DNA from: Paramoeba atlantica
Taxonomy: Eukaryota; Protista; Discosea
Reading direction: 5' to 3'
DNA: 64,000 nt
NCBI GenBank assembly: GCA_977017575.1
Contig: CDRNVI010000056.1
Coordinates: 384,884-448,883 of the forward strand
Shown: positions 32,407 through 46,620 of the stretch, piece by piece
Layout of the letters: every line of letters begins with the position of its first letter
Position numbering within the stretch: the first letter of the stretch is position 1
The notes under the pieces: generated by a model
The model's input: only the letters and a program-made list of their open reading frames with translations
Told to the model about the DNA's origin: nothing
The model's database searches: none
Made by a program: the position numbers and the translations under genes

Positions 32407-33815
32407 TTTTTGCGATTCTCTTCGTTCACAATCGTGTGGCCGCTTTTGGGCGCGCGCGAGAGACGCAACGTGAATCGCAGAAGCAATGGTACATTTTAGG
32501 GTATTTCTTTGCTGAAATGAAGTCTTTTTGGCCTGTGTAGCAGATGACGTTTTGGCGGCAGAGACGGTGAATGGGTAGATGGCCGTGCGCGTGTCAAATG
32601 TAAAAGCCCGAAAAGTGTACCGCTTTTTAGCGCATCATATCTTAAAATTCAAAATGACGTCAGATTTACCTCTTTCCGCCTGCACGGTGAAGGGGGGTTT
32701 TCAGATATCTCTGGACGCGACGTTTGCATGACTTCCGTGCATGGCGTGCGTCGATTGCGAACGCCGAACCAGCAAGCTACACCTCCTGAGTGGTCGTGCT
32801 TCGCGCGATATTTTCTGTAGAGATAGAGTTTTTCCGTTAGTCAGTATGATTGCGAAACAAAACGTGGGTTTCGCCAGTCCACTTTTTGTCCGTTCTTCCC
32901 TGAATCAAATCTTAAACAATTTTAACCCTTTCTAATTGATGAGCGTTTCTGATCGCTCGTGCTTTGCTCTGATATTTGCTTTGGGGCACTCTTTTCACAT
33001 GATTTCACTGATACTATAAGACTTCCCCTCTTCTAACGCAAGAATTTGTTGTCATCGGACATTCTTTTAGTCAAATCAATGCTTGATTGCACAAGCTTCC
33101 TGCATCTCAAGGGGGGGGGTTGTATTTCTCTACACCTCTTTCACTTTTCACCTGCTCTTCCAAGCAACAGGGTCACAGGGCGCGCGCGTATTGTAATAGT
33201 GTGGTGGAAAAACGTCGGTTTCACACGAAACTCGCATCCACCGTGCGACCCCATTCCGTGGAGAACGATCTTTGTTTTCTTCGATCGCACTGATTCCGTT
33301 AGATGCACAGAGCGTGATTTCACGTGAATCGAACAATTCCGCGAGATGTTTTACTTGGGCAAAGCAGGGCAGCACATGAACAATGAAAACAGGACGCGCA
33401 ATGGCGCGGAACACCTTCCACGTGACACCTTCCGAAACGCGTTCTGCACAATCCAGGTATAAAACAACGAATTTCTTCGCCCGGCCGTTGCAAAGACCCA
33501 CCCCTTACCGATAGATTTCGTAGCTCTGCTCTAAACGTGAACGCATCGTGCTCAACCTCTCTTCCCGACTATGTCATCGCAAAAATTGTATGTGTCACTT
33601 CTGGGCCGTTCGCATGGGCATGTGTTGGGCACACTCAAACCCCCATTGCATTCATCAATGCGACCTACGGTTGTGAATGTCGCCTTGCTTGGGGGGGGGG
33701 GGGGCTGTAAGGATCGTTAAGCGAGCGAAATCGGGGAGTTTCCATTATGACATGAATTAGCAAGGTAAAGTGCACCGCTATGGACACACAAAATTCGAGA
33801 CACACCACGACGGAA

Positions 33816-33896
33816 GCGTCCATACCCAAGTGGTTAAGGGGCCTGACTTGAAATCAGGTGTGTTCTCACGCGCAGGTTCGAACCGTGCTGGGCGCG
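33816..33896 (+). tRNA. tRNA-Ser(TGA) copy 10, T-stem variant
   Basis: CGTGC T-stem. Confidence 0.85.
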
Positions 33897-35307
33897 TTTT
33901 TGCGATTCTCTTCGTTCACAATCGTGTGGCCGCTTTTGGGCGCGCGCGAGAGACGCAACGTGAATCGCAGAAGCAATGGTACATTTTAGGGTATTTTCTT
34001 TGCTGAAATGAAGTCTTTTTGGCCTGTGTAGCAGATGACGTTTTGGCGGCAGAGACGGTGAATGGGTAGATGGCCGTGCGCGTGTCAAATGTAAAAGCCC
34101 GAAAAGTGTACCGCTTTTTAGCGCATCATATCTTAAAATTCAAAATGACGTCAGATTTACCTCTTTCCGCCTGCACGGTGAAGGGGGGTTTTCAGATATC
34201 TCTGGACGCGACGTTTGCATGACTTCCGTGCATGGCGTGCGTCGATTGCGAAACGCCGAACCAGCAAGCTACACCTCCTGAGTGGTCGTGCTTCGCGCGA
34301 TATTTTCTGTAGAGATAGAGTTTTTCCGTTAGTCAGTATGATTGCGAAACAAAACGTGGGTTTCGCCAGTCCACTTTTTGTCCGTTCTTCCCTGAATCAA
34401 ATCTTAAACAATTTTAACCCTTTCTAATTGATGAGCGTTCTGATCGCTCGTGCTTTGCTCTGATATTTGCTTTGGGCACTCTTTTCACATGATTTCACTG
34501 ATACTATAAGACTTCCCCTCTTCTAACGCAAGAATTTGTTGTCATCGGACATTCTTTTAGTCAAATCAATGCTTGATTGCACAAGCTTCCTGCATCTCAA
34601 GGGGGGGGGTTGTATTTCTCTACACCTCTTTCACTTTTCACCTGCTCTTCCAAGCAACAGGGTCACAGGGCGCGCGCGTATTGTAATAGTGTGGTGGAAA
34701 AACGTCGGTTTCACACGAAACTCGCATCCACCGTGCGACCCCATTCCGTGGAGAACGATCTTTGTTTTCTTCGATCGCACTGATTCCGTTAGATGCACAG
34801 AGCGTGATTTCACGTGAATCGAACAATTCCGCGAGATGTTTTACTTGGGGCAAAGCAGGGCAGCACATGAACAATGAAAACAGGACGCGCAATGGCGCGG
34901 AACACCTTCCACGTGACACCTTCCGAAACGCGTTCTGCACAATCCAGGTATAAAACAACGAATTTCTTCGCCCGGCCGTTGCAAAGACCCACCCCTTACC
35001 GATAGATTTCGTAGCTCTGCTCTAAACGTGAACGCATCGTGCTCAACCTCTCTTCCCGACTATGTCATCGCAAAAATTGTATGTGTCACTTCTGGGCCGT
35101 TCGCATGGGCATGTGTTGGGCACACTCAAACCCCCATTGCATTCATCAATGCGACCTACGGTTGTGAATGTCGCCTTGCTTGGGGGGGGGGGGGGGCTGT
35201 AAGGATCGTTAAGCGAGCGAAATCGGGGAGTTTCCATTATGACATGAATTAGCAAGGTAAAGTGCACCGCTATGGACACACAAAATTCGAGACACACCAC
35301 GACGGAA

Positions 35308-35388
35308 GCGTCCATACCCAAGTGGTTAAGGGGCCTGACTTGAAATCAGGTGTGTTCTCACGCGCAGGTTCGAACCGTGCTGGGCGCG
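35308..35388 (+). tRNA. tRNA-Ser(TGA) copy 11, T-stem variant
   Basis: CGTGC T-stem. Confidence 0.85.
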
Positions 35389-36799
35389 TTTTTGCGATTC
35401 TCTTCGTTCACAATCGTGTGGCCGCTTTTGGGCGCGCGCGAGAGACGCAACGTGAATCGCAGAAGCAATGGTACATTTTAGGGTATTTTCTTTGCTGAAA
35501 TGAAGTCTTTTTGGCCTGTGTAGCAGATGACGTTTTGGCGGCAGAGACGGTGAATGGGTAGATGGCCGTGCGAGTGTCAAATGTAAAAGCCCGAAAAGTG
35601 TACCGCTTTTTAGCGCATCATATCTTAAAATTCAAAATGACGTCAGATTTACCTCTTTCCGCCTGCACGGTGAAGGGGGGTTTTCAGATATCTCTGGACG
35701 CGACGTTTGCATGACTTCCGTGCATGGCGTGCGTCGATTGCGAAACGCCGAACCAGCAAGCTACACCTCCTGAGTGGTCGTGCTTCGCGCGATATTTTCT
35801 GTAGAGATAGAGTTTTTCCGTTAGTCAGTATGATTGCGAAACAAAACGTGGGTTTCGCCAGTCCACTTTTTGTCCGTTCTTCCCTGAATCAAATCTTAAA
35901 CAATTTTAACCCTTTCTAATTGATGAGCGTTCTGATCGCTCGTGCTTTGCTCTGATATTTGCTTTGGGCACTCTTTTCACATGATTTCACTGATACTATA
36001 AGACTTCCCCTCTTCTAACGCAAGAATTTGTTGTCATCGGACATTCTTTTAGTCAAATCAATGCTTGATTGCACAAGCTTCCTGCATCTCAAGGGGGGGG
36101 GTTGTATTTCTCTACACCTCTTTCACTTTTCACCTGCTCTTCCAAGCAACAGGGTCACAGGGCGCGCGCGTATTGTAATAGTGTGGTGGAAAAACGTCGG
36201 TTTCACACGAAACTCGCATCCACCGTGCGACCCCATTCCGTGGAGAACGATCTTTGTTTTCTTCGATCGCACTGATTCCGTTAGATGCACAGAGCGTGAT
36301 TTCACGTGAATCGAACAATTCCGCGAGATGTTTTACTTGGGGCAAAGCAGGGCAGCACATGAACAATGAAAACAGGACGCGCAATGGCGCGGAACACCTT
36401 CCACGTGACACCTTCCGAAACGCGTTCTGCACAATCCAGGTATAAAACAACGAATTTCTTCGCCCGGCCGTTGCAAAGACCCACCCCTTACCGATAGATT
36501 TCGTAGCTCTGCTCTAAACGTGAACGCATCGTGCTCAACCTCTCTTCCCGACTATGTCATCGCAAAAATTGTATGTGTCACTTCTGGGCCGTTCGCATGG
36601 GCATGTGTTGGGCACACTCAAACCCCCATTGCATTCATCAATGCGACCTACGGTTGTGAATGTCGCCTTGCTTGGGGGGGGGGGGGGGCTGTAAGGATCG
36701 TTAAGCGAGCGAAATCGGGGAGTTTCCATTATGACATGAATTAGCAAGGTAAAGTGCACCGCTATGGACACACAAAATTCGAGACACACCACGACGGAA

Positions 36800-36880
36800 G
36801 CGTCCATACCCAAGTGGTTAAGGGGCCTGACTTGAAATCAGGTGTGTTCTCACGCGCAGGTTCGAACCGTGCTGGGCGCG
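36800..36880 (+). tRNA. tRNA-Ser(TGA) copy 12, T-stem variant
   Basis: CGTGC T-stem. Confidence 0.85.
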
Positions 36881-38291
36881 TTTTTGCGATTCTCTTCGTT
36901 CACAATCGTGTGGCCGCTTTTGGGCGCGCGCGAGAGACGCAACGTGAATCGCAGAAGCAATGGTACATTTTAGGGTATTTTCTTTGCTGAAATGAAGTCT
37001 TTTTGGCCTGTGTAGCAGATGACGTTTTGGCGGCAGAGACGGTGAATGGGTAGATGGCCGTGCGAGTGTCAAATGTAAAAGCCCGAAAAGTGTACCGCTT
37101 TTTAGCGCATCATATCTTAAAATTCAAAATGACGTCAGATTTACCTCTTTCCGCCTGCACGGTGAAGGGGGGTTTTCAGATATCTCTGGACGCGACGTTT
37201 GCATGACTTCCGTGCATGGCGTGCGTCGATTGCGAAACGCCGAACCAGCAAGCTACACCTCCTGAGTGGTCGTGCTTCGCGCGATATTTTCTGTAGAGAT
37301 AGAGTTTTTCCGTTAGTCAGTATGATTGCGAAACAAAACGTGGGTTTCGCCAGTCCACTTTTTGTCCGTTCTTCCCTGAATCAAATCTTAAACAATTTTA
37401 ACCCTTTCTAATTGATGAGCGTTCTGATCGCTCGTGCTTTGCTCTGATATTTGCTTTGGGCACTCTTTTCACATGATTTCACTGATACTATAAGACTTCC
37501 CCTCTTCTAACGCAAGAATTTGTTGTCATCGGACATTCTTTTAGTCAAATCAATGCTTGATTGCACAAGCTTCCTGCATCTCAAGGGGGGGGGTTGTATT
37601 TCTCTACACCTCTTTCACTTTTCACCTGCTCTTCCAAGCAACAGGGTCACAGGGCGCGCGCGTATTGTAATAGTGTGGTGGAAAAACGTCGGTTTCACAC
37701 GAAACTCGCATCCACCGTGCGACCCCATTCCGTGGAGAACGATCTTTGTTTTCTTCGATCGCACTGATTCCGTTAGATGCACAGAGCGTGATTTCACGTG
37801 AATCGAACAATTCCGCGAGATGTTTTACTTGGGGCAAAGCAGGGCAGCACATGAACAATGAAAACAGGACGCGCAATGGCGCGGAACACCTTCCACGTGA
37901 CACCTTCCGAAACGCGTTCTGCACAATCCAGGTATAAAACAACGAATTTCTTCGCCCGGCCGTTGCAAAGACCCACCCCTTACCGATAGATTTCGTAGCT
38001 CTGCTCTAAACGTGAACGCATCGTGCTCAACCTCTCTTCCCGACTATGTCATCGCAAAAATTGTATGTGTCACTTCTGGGCCGTTCGCATGGGCATGTGT
38101 TGGGCACACTCAAACCCCCATTGCATTCATCAATGCGACCTACGGTTGTGAATGTCGCCTTGCTTGGGGGGGGGGGGGGGCTGTAAGGATCGTTAAGCGA
38201 GCGAAATCGGGGAGTTTCCATTATGACATGAATTAGCAAGGTAAAGTGCACCGCTATGGACACACAAAATTCGAGACACACCACGACGGAA

Positions 38292-38372
38292 GCGTCCATA
38301 CCCAAGTGGTTAAGGGGCCTGACTTGAAATCAGGTGTGTTCTCACGCGCAGGTTCGAACCGTGCTGGGCGCG
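38292..38372 (+). tRNA. tRNA-Ser(TGA) copy 13, T-stem variant
   Basis: CGTGC T-stem. Confidence 0.85.
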
Positions 38373-39782
38373 TTTTTGCGATTCTCTTCGTTCACAATCG
38401 TGTGGCCGCTTTTGGGCGCGCGCGAGAGACGCAACGTGAATCGCAGAAGCAATGGTACATTTTAGGGTATTTTCTTTGCTGAAATGAAGTCTTTTTGGCC
38501 TGTGTAGCAGATGACGTTTTGGCGGCAGAGACGGTGAATGGGTAGATGGCCGTGCGAGTGTCAAATGTAAAAGCCCGAAAAGTGTACCGCTTTTTAGCGC
38601 ATCATATCTTAAAATTCAAAATGACGTCAGATTTACCTCTTTCCGCCTGCACGGTGAAGGGGGGTTTTCAGATATCTCTGGACGCGACGTTTGCATGACT
38701 TCCGTGCATGGCGTGCGTCGATTGCGAAACGCCGAACCAGCAAGCTACACCTCCTGAGTGGTCGTGCTTCGCGCGATATTTTCTGTAGAGATAGAGTTTT
38801 TCCGTTAGTCAGTATGATTGCGAAACAAAACGTGGGTTTCGCCAGTCCACTTTTTGTCCGTTCTTCCCTGAATCAAATCTTAAACAATTTTAACCCTTTC
38901 TAATTGATGAGCGTTCTGATCGCTCGTGCTTTGCTCTGATATTTGCTTTGGGCACTCTTTTCACATGATTTCACTGATACTATAAGACTTCCCCTCTTCT
39001 AACGCAAGAATTTGTTGTCATCGGACATTCTTTTAGTCAAATCAATGCTTGATTGCACAAGCTTCCTGCATCTCAAGGGGGGGGGTTGTATTTCTCTACA
39101 CCTCTTTCACTTTTCACCTGCTCTTCCAAGCAACAGGGTCACAGGGCGCGCGCGTATTGTAATAGTGTGGTGGAAAAACGTCGGTTTCACACGAAACTCG
39201 CATCCACCGTGCGACCCCATTCCGTGGAGAACGATCTTTGTTTTCTTCGATCGCACTGATTCCGTTAGATGCACAGAGCGTGATTTCACGTGAATCGAAC
39301 AATTCCGCGAGATGTTTTACTTGGGGCAAAGCAGGGCAGCACATGAACAATGAAAACAGGACGCGCAATGGCGCGGAACACCTTCCACGTGACACCTTCC
39401 GAAACGCGTTCTGCACAATCCAGGTATAAAACAACGAATTTCTTCGCCCGGCCGTTGCAAAGACCCACCCCTTACCGATAGATTTCGTAGCTCTGCTCTA
39501 AACGTGAACGCATCGTGCTCAACCTCTCTTCCCGACTATGTCATCGCAAAAATTGTATGTGTCACTTCTGGGCCGTTCGCATGGGCATGTGTTGGGCACA
39601 CTCAAACCCCCATTGCATTCATCAATGCGACCTACGGTTGTGAATGTCGCCTTGCTTGGGGGGGGGGGGGGCTGTAAGGATCGTTAAGCGAGCGAAATCG
39701 GGGAGTTTCCATTATGACATGAATTAGCAAGGTAAAGTGCACCGCTATGGACACACAAAATTCGAGACACACCACGACGGAA

Positions 39783-39863
39783 GCGTCCATACCCAAGTGG
39801 TTAAGGGGCCTGACTTGAAATCAGGTGTGTTCTCACGCGCAGGTTCGAACCGTGCTGGGCGCG
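39783..39863 (+). tRNA. tRNA-Ser(TGA) copy 14, T-stem variant
   Basis: CGTGC T-stem. Confidence 0.85.
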
Positions 39864-41273
39864 TTTTTGCGATTCTCTTCGTTCACAATCGTGTGGCCGC
39901 TTTTGGGCGCGCGCGAGAGACGCAACGTGAATCGCAGAAGCAATGGTACATTTTAGGGTATTTTCTTTGCTGAAATGAAGTCTTTTTGGCCTGTGTAGCA
40001 GATGACGTTTTGGCGGCAGAGACGGTGAATGGGTAGATGGCCGTGCGAGTGTCAAATGTAAAAGCCCGAAAAGTGTACCGCTTTTTAGCGCATCATATCT
40101 TAAAATTCAAAATGACGTCAGATTTACCTCTTTCCGCCTGCACGGTGAAGGGGGGTTTTCAGATATCTCTGGACGCGACGTTTGCATGACTTCCGTGCAT
40201 GGCGTGCGTCGATTGCGAAACGCCGAACCAGCAAGCTACACCTCCTGAGTGGTCGTGCTTCGCGCGATATTTTCTGTAGAGATAGAGTTTTTCCGTTAGT
40301 CAGTATGATTGCGAAACAAAACGTGGGTTTCGCCAGTCCACTTTTTGTCCGTTCTTCCCTGAATCAAATCTTAAACAATTTTAACCCTTTCTAATTGATG
40401 AGCGTTCTGATCGCTCGTGCTTTGCTCTGATATTTGCTTTGGGCACTCTTTTCACATGATTTCACTGATACTATAAGACTTCCCCTCTTCTAACGCAAGA
40501 ATTTGTTGTCATCGGACATTCTTTTAGTCAAATCAATGCTTGATTGCACAAGCTTCCTGCATCTCAAGGGGGGGGGTTGTATTTCTCTACACCTCTTTCA
40601 CTTTTCACCTGCTCTTCCAAGCAACAGGGTCACAGGGCGCGCGCGTATTGTAATAGTGTGGTGGAAAAACGTCGGTTTCACACGAAACTCGCATCCACCG
40701 TGCGACCCCATTCCGTGGAGAACGATCTTTGTTTTCTTCGATCGCACTGATTCCGTTAGATGCACAGAGCGTGATTTCACGTGAATCGAACAATTCCGCG
40801 AGATGTTTTACTTGGGGCAAAGCAGGGCAGCACATGAACAATGAAAACAGGACGCGCAATGGCGCGGAACACCTTCCACGTGACACCTTCCGAAACGCGT
40901 TCTGCACAATCCAGGTATAAAACAACGAATTTCTTCGCCCGGCCGTTGCAAAGACCCACCCCTTACCGATAGATTTCGTAGCTCTGCTCTAAACGTGAAC
41001 GCATCGTGCTCAACCTCTCTTCCCGACTATGTCATCGCAAAAATTGTATGTGTCACTTCTGGGCCGTTCGCATGGGCATGTGTTGGGCACACTCAAACCC
41101 CCATTGCATTCATCAATGCGACCTACGGTTGTGAATGTCGCCTTGCTTGGGGGGGGGGGGGGCTGTAAGGATCGTTAAGCGAGCGAAATCGGGGAGTTTC
41201 CATTATGACATGAATTAGCAAGGTAAAGTGCACCGCTATGGACACACAAAATTCGAGACACACCACGACGGAA

Positions 41274-41354
41274 GCGTCCATACCCAAGTGGTTAAGGGGC
41301 CTGACTTGAAATCAGGTGTGTTCTCACGCGCAGGTTCGAACCGTGCTGGGCGCG
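41274..41354 (+). tRNA. tRNA-Ser(TGA) copy 15, T-stem variant
   Basis: CGTGC T-stem. Confidence 0.85.
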
Positions 41355-42764
41355 TTTTTGCGATTCTCTTCGTTCACAATCGTGTGGCCGCTTTTGGGCG
41401 CGCGCGAGAGACGCAACGTGAATCGCAGAAGCAATGGTACATTTTAGGGTATTTTCTTTGCTGAAATGAAGTCTTTTTGGCCTGTGTAGCAGATGACGTT
41501 TTGGCGGCAGAGACGGTGAATGGGTAGATGGCCGTGCGAGTGTCAAATGTAAAAGCCCGAAAAGTGTACCGCTTTTTAGCGCATCATATCTTAAAATTCA
41601 AAATGACGTCAGATTTACCTCTTTCCGCCTGCACGGTGAAGGGGGGTTTTCAGATATCTCTGGACGCGACGTTTGCATGACTTCCGTGCATGGCGTGCGT
41701 CGATTGCGAAACGCCGAACCAGCAAGCTACACCTCCTGAGTGGTCGTGCTTCGCGCGATATTTTCTGTAGAGATAGAGTTTTTCCGTTAGTCAGTATGAT
41801 TGCGAAACAAAACGTGGGTTTCGCCAGTCCACTTTTTGTCCGTTCTTCCCTGAATCAAATCTTAAACAATTTTAACCCTTTCTAATTGATGAGCGTTCTG
41901 ATCGCTCGTGCTTTGCTCTGATATTTGCTTTGGGCACTCTTTTCACATGATTTCACTGATACTATAAGACTTCCCCTCTTCTAACGCAAGAATTTGTTGT
42001 CATCGGACATTCTTTTAGTCAAATCAATGCTTGATTGCACAAGCTTCCTGCATCTCAAGGGGGGGGGTTGTATTTCTCTACACCTCTTTCACTTTTCACC
42101 TGCTCTTCCAAGCAACAGGGTCACAGGGCGCGCGCGTATTGTAATAGTGTGGTGGAAAAACGTCGGTTTCACACGAAACTCGCATCCACCGTGCGACCCC
42201 ATTCCGTGGAGAACGATCTTTGTTTTCTTCGATCGCACTGATTCCGTTAGATGCACAGAGCGTGATTTCACGTGAATCGAACAATTCCGCGAGATGTTTT
42301 ACTTGGGGCAAAGCAGGGCAGCACATGAACAATGAAAACAGGACGCGCAATGGCGCGGAACACCTTCCACGTGACACCTTCCGAAACGCGTTCTGCACAA
42401 TCCAGGTATAAAACAACGAATTTCTTCGCCCGGCCGTTGCAAAGACCCACCCCTTACCGATAGATTTCGTAGCTCTGCTCTAAACGTGAACGCATCGTGC
42501 TCAACCTCTCTTCCCGACTATGTCATCGCAAAAATTGTATGTGTCACTTCTGGGCCGTTCGCATGGGCATGTGTTGGGCACACTCAAACCCCCATTGCAT
42601 TCATCAATGCGACCTACGGTTGTGAATGTCGCCTTGCTTGGGGGGGGGGGGGGCTGTAAGGATCGTTAAGCGAGCGAAATCGGGGAGTTTCCATTATGAC
42701 ATGAATTAGCAAGGTAAAGTGCACCGCTATGGACACACAAAATTCGAGACACACCACGACGGAA

Positions 42765-42845
42765 GCGTCCATACCCAAGTGGTTAAGGGGCCTGACTTGA
42801 AATCAGGTGTGTTCTCACGCGCAGGTTCGAACCGTGCTGGGCGCG
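42765..42845 (+). tRNA. tRNA-Ser(TGA) copy 16, T-stem variant
   Basis: CGTGC T-stem. Confidence 0.85.
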
Positions 42846-44253
42846 TTTTTGCGATTCTCTTCGTTCACAATCGTGTGGCCGCTTTTGGGCGCGCGCGAGA
42901 GACGCAACGTGAATCGCAGAAGCAATGGTACATTTTAGGGTATTTTCTTTGCTGAAATGAAGTCTTTTTGGCCTGTGTAGCAGATGACGTTTTGGCGGCA
43001 GAGACGGTGAATGGGTAGATGGCCGTGCGAGTGTCAAATGTAAAAGCCCGAAAAGTGTACCGCTTTTTAGCGCATCATATCTTAAAATTCAAAATGACGT
43101 CAGATTTACCTCTTTCCGCCTGCACGGTGAAGGGGGGTTTTCAGATATCTCTGGACGCGACGTTTGCATGACTTCCGTGCATGGCGTGCGTCGATTGCGA
43201 AACGCCGAACCAGCAAGCTACACCTCCTGAGTGGTCGTGCTTCGCGCGATATTTTCTGTAGAGATAGAGTTTTTCCGTTAGTCAGTATGATTGCGAAACA
43301 AAACGTGGGTTTCGCCAGTCCACTTTTTGTCCGTTCTTCCCTGAATCAAATCTTAAACAATTTTAACCCTTTCTAATTGATGAGCGTTCTGATCGCTCGT
43401 GCTTTGCTCTGATATTTGCTTTGGGCACTCTTTTCACATGATTTCACTGATACTATAAGACTTCCCCTCTTCTAACGCAAGAATTTGTTGTCATCGGACA
43501 TTCTTTTAGTCAAATCAATGCTTGATTGCACAAGCTTCCTGCATCTCAAGGGGGGGGGTTGTATTTCTCTACACCTCTTTCACTTTTCACCTGCTCTTCC
43601 AAGCAACAGGGTCACAGGGCGCGCGCGTATTGTAATAGTGTGGTGGAAAAACGTCGGTTTCACACGAAACTCGCATCCACCGTGCGACCCCATTCCGTGG
43701 AGAACGATCTTTGTTTTCTTCGATCGCACTGATTCCGTTAGATGCACAGAGCGTGATTTCACGTGAATCGAACAATTCCGCGAGATGTTTTACTTGGGGC
43801 AAAGCAGGGCAGCACATGAACAATGAAAACAGGACGCGCAATGGCGCGGAACACCTTCCACGTGACACCTTCCGAAACGCGTTCTGCACAATCCAGGTAT
43901 AAAACAACGAATTTCTTCGCCCGGCCGTTGCAAAGACCCACCCCTTACCGATAGATTTCGTAGCTCTGCTCTAAACGTGAACGCATCGTGCTCAACCTCT
44001 CTTCCCGACTATGTCATCGCAAAAATTGTATGTGTCACTTCTGGGCCGTTCGCATGGGCATGTGTTGGGCACACTCAAACCCCCATTGCATTCATCAATG
44101 CGACCTACGGTTGTGAATGTCGCCTTGCTTGGGGGGGGGGGGCTGTAAGGATCGTTAAGCGAGCGAAATCGGGGAGTTTCCATTATGACATGAATTAGCA
44201 AGGTAAAGTGCACCGCTATGGACACACAAAATTCGAGACACACCACGACGGAA

Positions 44254-44334
44254 GCGTCCATACCCAAGTGGTTAAGGGGCCTGACTTGAAATCAGGTGTG
44301 TTCTCACGCGCAGGTTCGAACCCTGCTGGGCGCG
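44254..44334 (+). tRNA. tRNA-Ser(TGA) copy 17
   Basis: Identical to copy 1. Confidence 0.95.
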
Positions 44335-45743
44335 TTTTTGCGATTCTCTTCGTTCACAATCGTGTGGCCGCTTTTGGGCGCGCGCGAGAGACGCAACGTG
44401 AATCGCAGAAGCAATGGTACATTTTAGGGTATTTTCTTTGCTGAAATGAAGTCTTTTTGGCCTGTGTAGCAGATGACGTTTTGGCGGCAGAGACGGTGAA
44501 TGGGTAGATGGCCGTGCGCGTGTCAAATGTAAAAGCCCGAAAAGTGTACCGCTTTTTAGCGCATCATATCTTAAAATTCAAAATGACGTCAGATTTACCT
44601 CTTTCCGCCTGCACGGTGAAGGGGGGTTTTCAGATATCTCTGGACGCGACGTTTGCATGACTTCCGTGCATGGCGTGCGTCGATTGCGAAACGCCGAACC
44701 AGCAAGCTACACCTCCTGAGTGGTCGTGCTTCGCGCGATATTTTCTGTAGAGATAGAGTTTTTCCGTTAGTCAGTATGATTGCGAAACAAAACGTGGGTT
44801 TCGCCAGTCCACTTTTTGTCCGTTCTTCCCTGAATCAAATCTTAAACAATTTTAACCCTTTCTAATTGATGAGCGTTCTGATCGCTCGTGCTTTGCTCTG
44901 ATATTTGCTTTGGGCACTCTTTTCACATGATTTCACTGATACTATAAGACTTCCCCTCTTCTAACGCAAGAATTTGTTGTCATCGGACATTCTTTTAGTC
45001 AAATCAATGCTTGATTGCACAAGCTTCCTGCATCTCAAGGGGGGGGTTGTATTTCTCTACACCTCTTTCACTTTTCACCTGCTCTTCCAAGCAACAGGGT
45101 CACAGGGCGCGCGCGTATTGTAATAGTGTGGTGGAAAAACGTCGGTTTCACACGAAACTCGCATCCACCGTGCGACCCCATTCCGTGGAGAACGATCTTT
45201 GTTTTCTTCGATCGCACTGATTCCGTTAGATGCACAGAGCGTGATTTCACGTGAATCGAACAATTCCGCGAGATGTTTTACTTGGGGCAAAGCAGGGCAG
45301 CACATGAACAATGAAAACAGGACGCGCAATGGCGCGGAACACCTTCCACGTGACACCTTCCGAAACGCGTTCTGCACAATCCAGGTATAAAACAACGAAT
45401 TTCTTCGCCCGGCCGTTGCAAAGACCCACCCCTTACCGATAGATTTCGTAGCTCTGCTCTAAACGTGAACGCATCGTGCTCAACCTCTCTTCCCGACTAT
45501 GTCATCGCAAAAATTGTATGTGTCACTTCTGGGCCGTTCGCATGGGCATGTGTTGGGCACACTCAAACCCCCATTGCATTCATCAATGCGACCTACGGTT
45601 GTGAATGTCGCCTTGCTTGGGGGGGGGGGGGGCTGTAAGGATCGTTAAGCGAGCGAAATCGGGGAGTTTCCATTATGACATGAATTAGCAAGGTAAACTG
45701 CACCGCTATGGACACACAAAATTCGAGACACACCACGACGGAA

Positions 45744-45824
45744 GCGTCCATACCCAAGTGGTTAAGGGGCCTGACTTGAAATCAGGTGTGTTCTCAGGCG
45801 CAGGTTCGAACCCTGCTGGGCGCG
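45744..45824 (+). tRNA. tRNA-Ser(TGA) copy 18, variable-arm variant
   Basis: TTCTCACGC changed to TTCTCAGGC. Confidence 0.88.
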
Positions 45825-46620
45825 TTTTTGCGATTCTCTTCGTTCACAATCGTGTGGCCGCTTTTGGGCGCGCGCGAGAGACGCAACGTGAATCGCAGAA
45901 GCAATGGTACATTTTAGGGTATTTTCTTTGCTGAAATGAAGTCTTTTTGGCCTGTGTAGCAGATGACGTTTTGGCGGCAGAGACGGTGAATGGGTAGATG
46001 GCCGTGCGCGTGTCAAATGTAAAAGCCCGAAAAGTGTACCGCTTTTTAGCGCATCATATCTTAAAATTCAAAATGACGTCAGATTTACCTCTTTCCGCCT
46101 GCACGGTGAAGGGGGGTTTTCAGATATCTCTGGACGCGACGTTTGCATGACTTCCGTGCATGGCGTGCGTCGATTGCGAAACGCCGAACCAGCAAGCTAC
46201 ACCTCCTGAGTGGTCGTGCTTCGCGCGATATTTTCTGTAGAGATAGAGTTTTTCCGTTAGTCAGTATGATTGCGAAACAAAACGTGGGTTTCGCCAGTCC
46301 ACTTTTTGTCCGTTCTTCCCTGAATCAAATCTTAAACAATTTTAACCCTTTCTAATTGATGAGCGTTCTGATCGCTCGTGCTTTGCTCTGATATTTGCTT
46401 TGGGCACTCTTTTCACATGATTTCACTGATACTATAAGACTTCCCCTCTTCTAACGCAAGAATTTGTTGTCATCGGACATTCTTTTAGTCAAATCAATGC
46501 TTGATTGCACAAGCTTCCTGCATCTCAAGGGGGGGGGTTGTATTTCTCTACACCTCTTTCACTTTTCACCTGCTCTTCCAAGCAACAGGGTCACAGGGCG
46601 CGCGCGTATTGTAATAGTGT

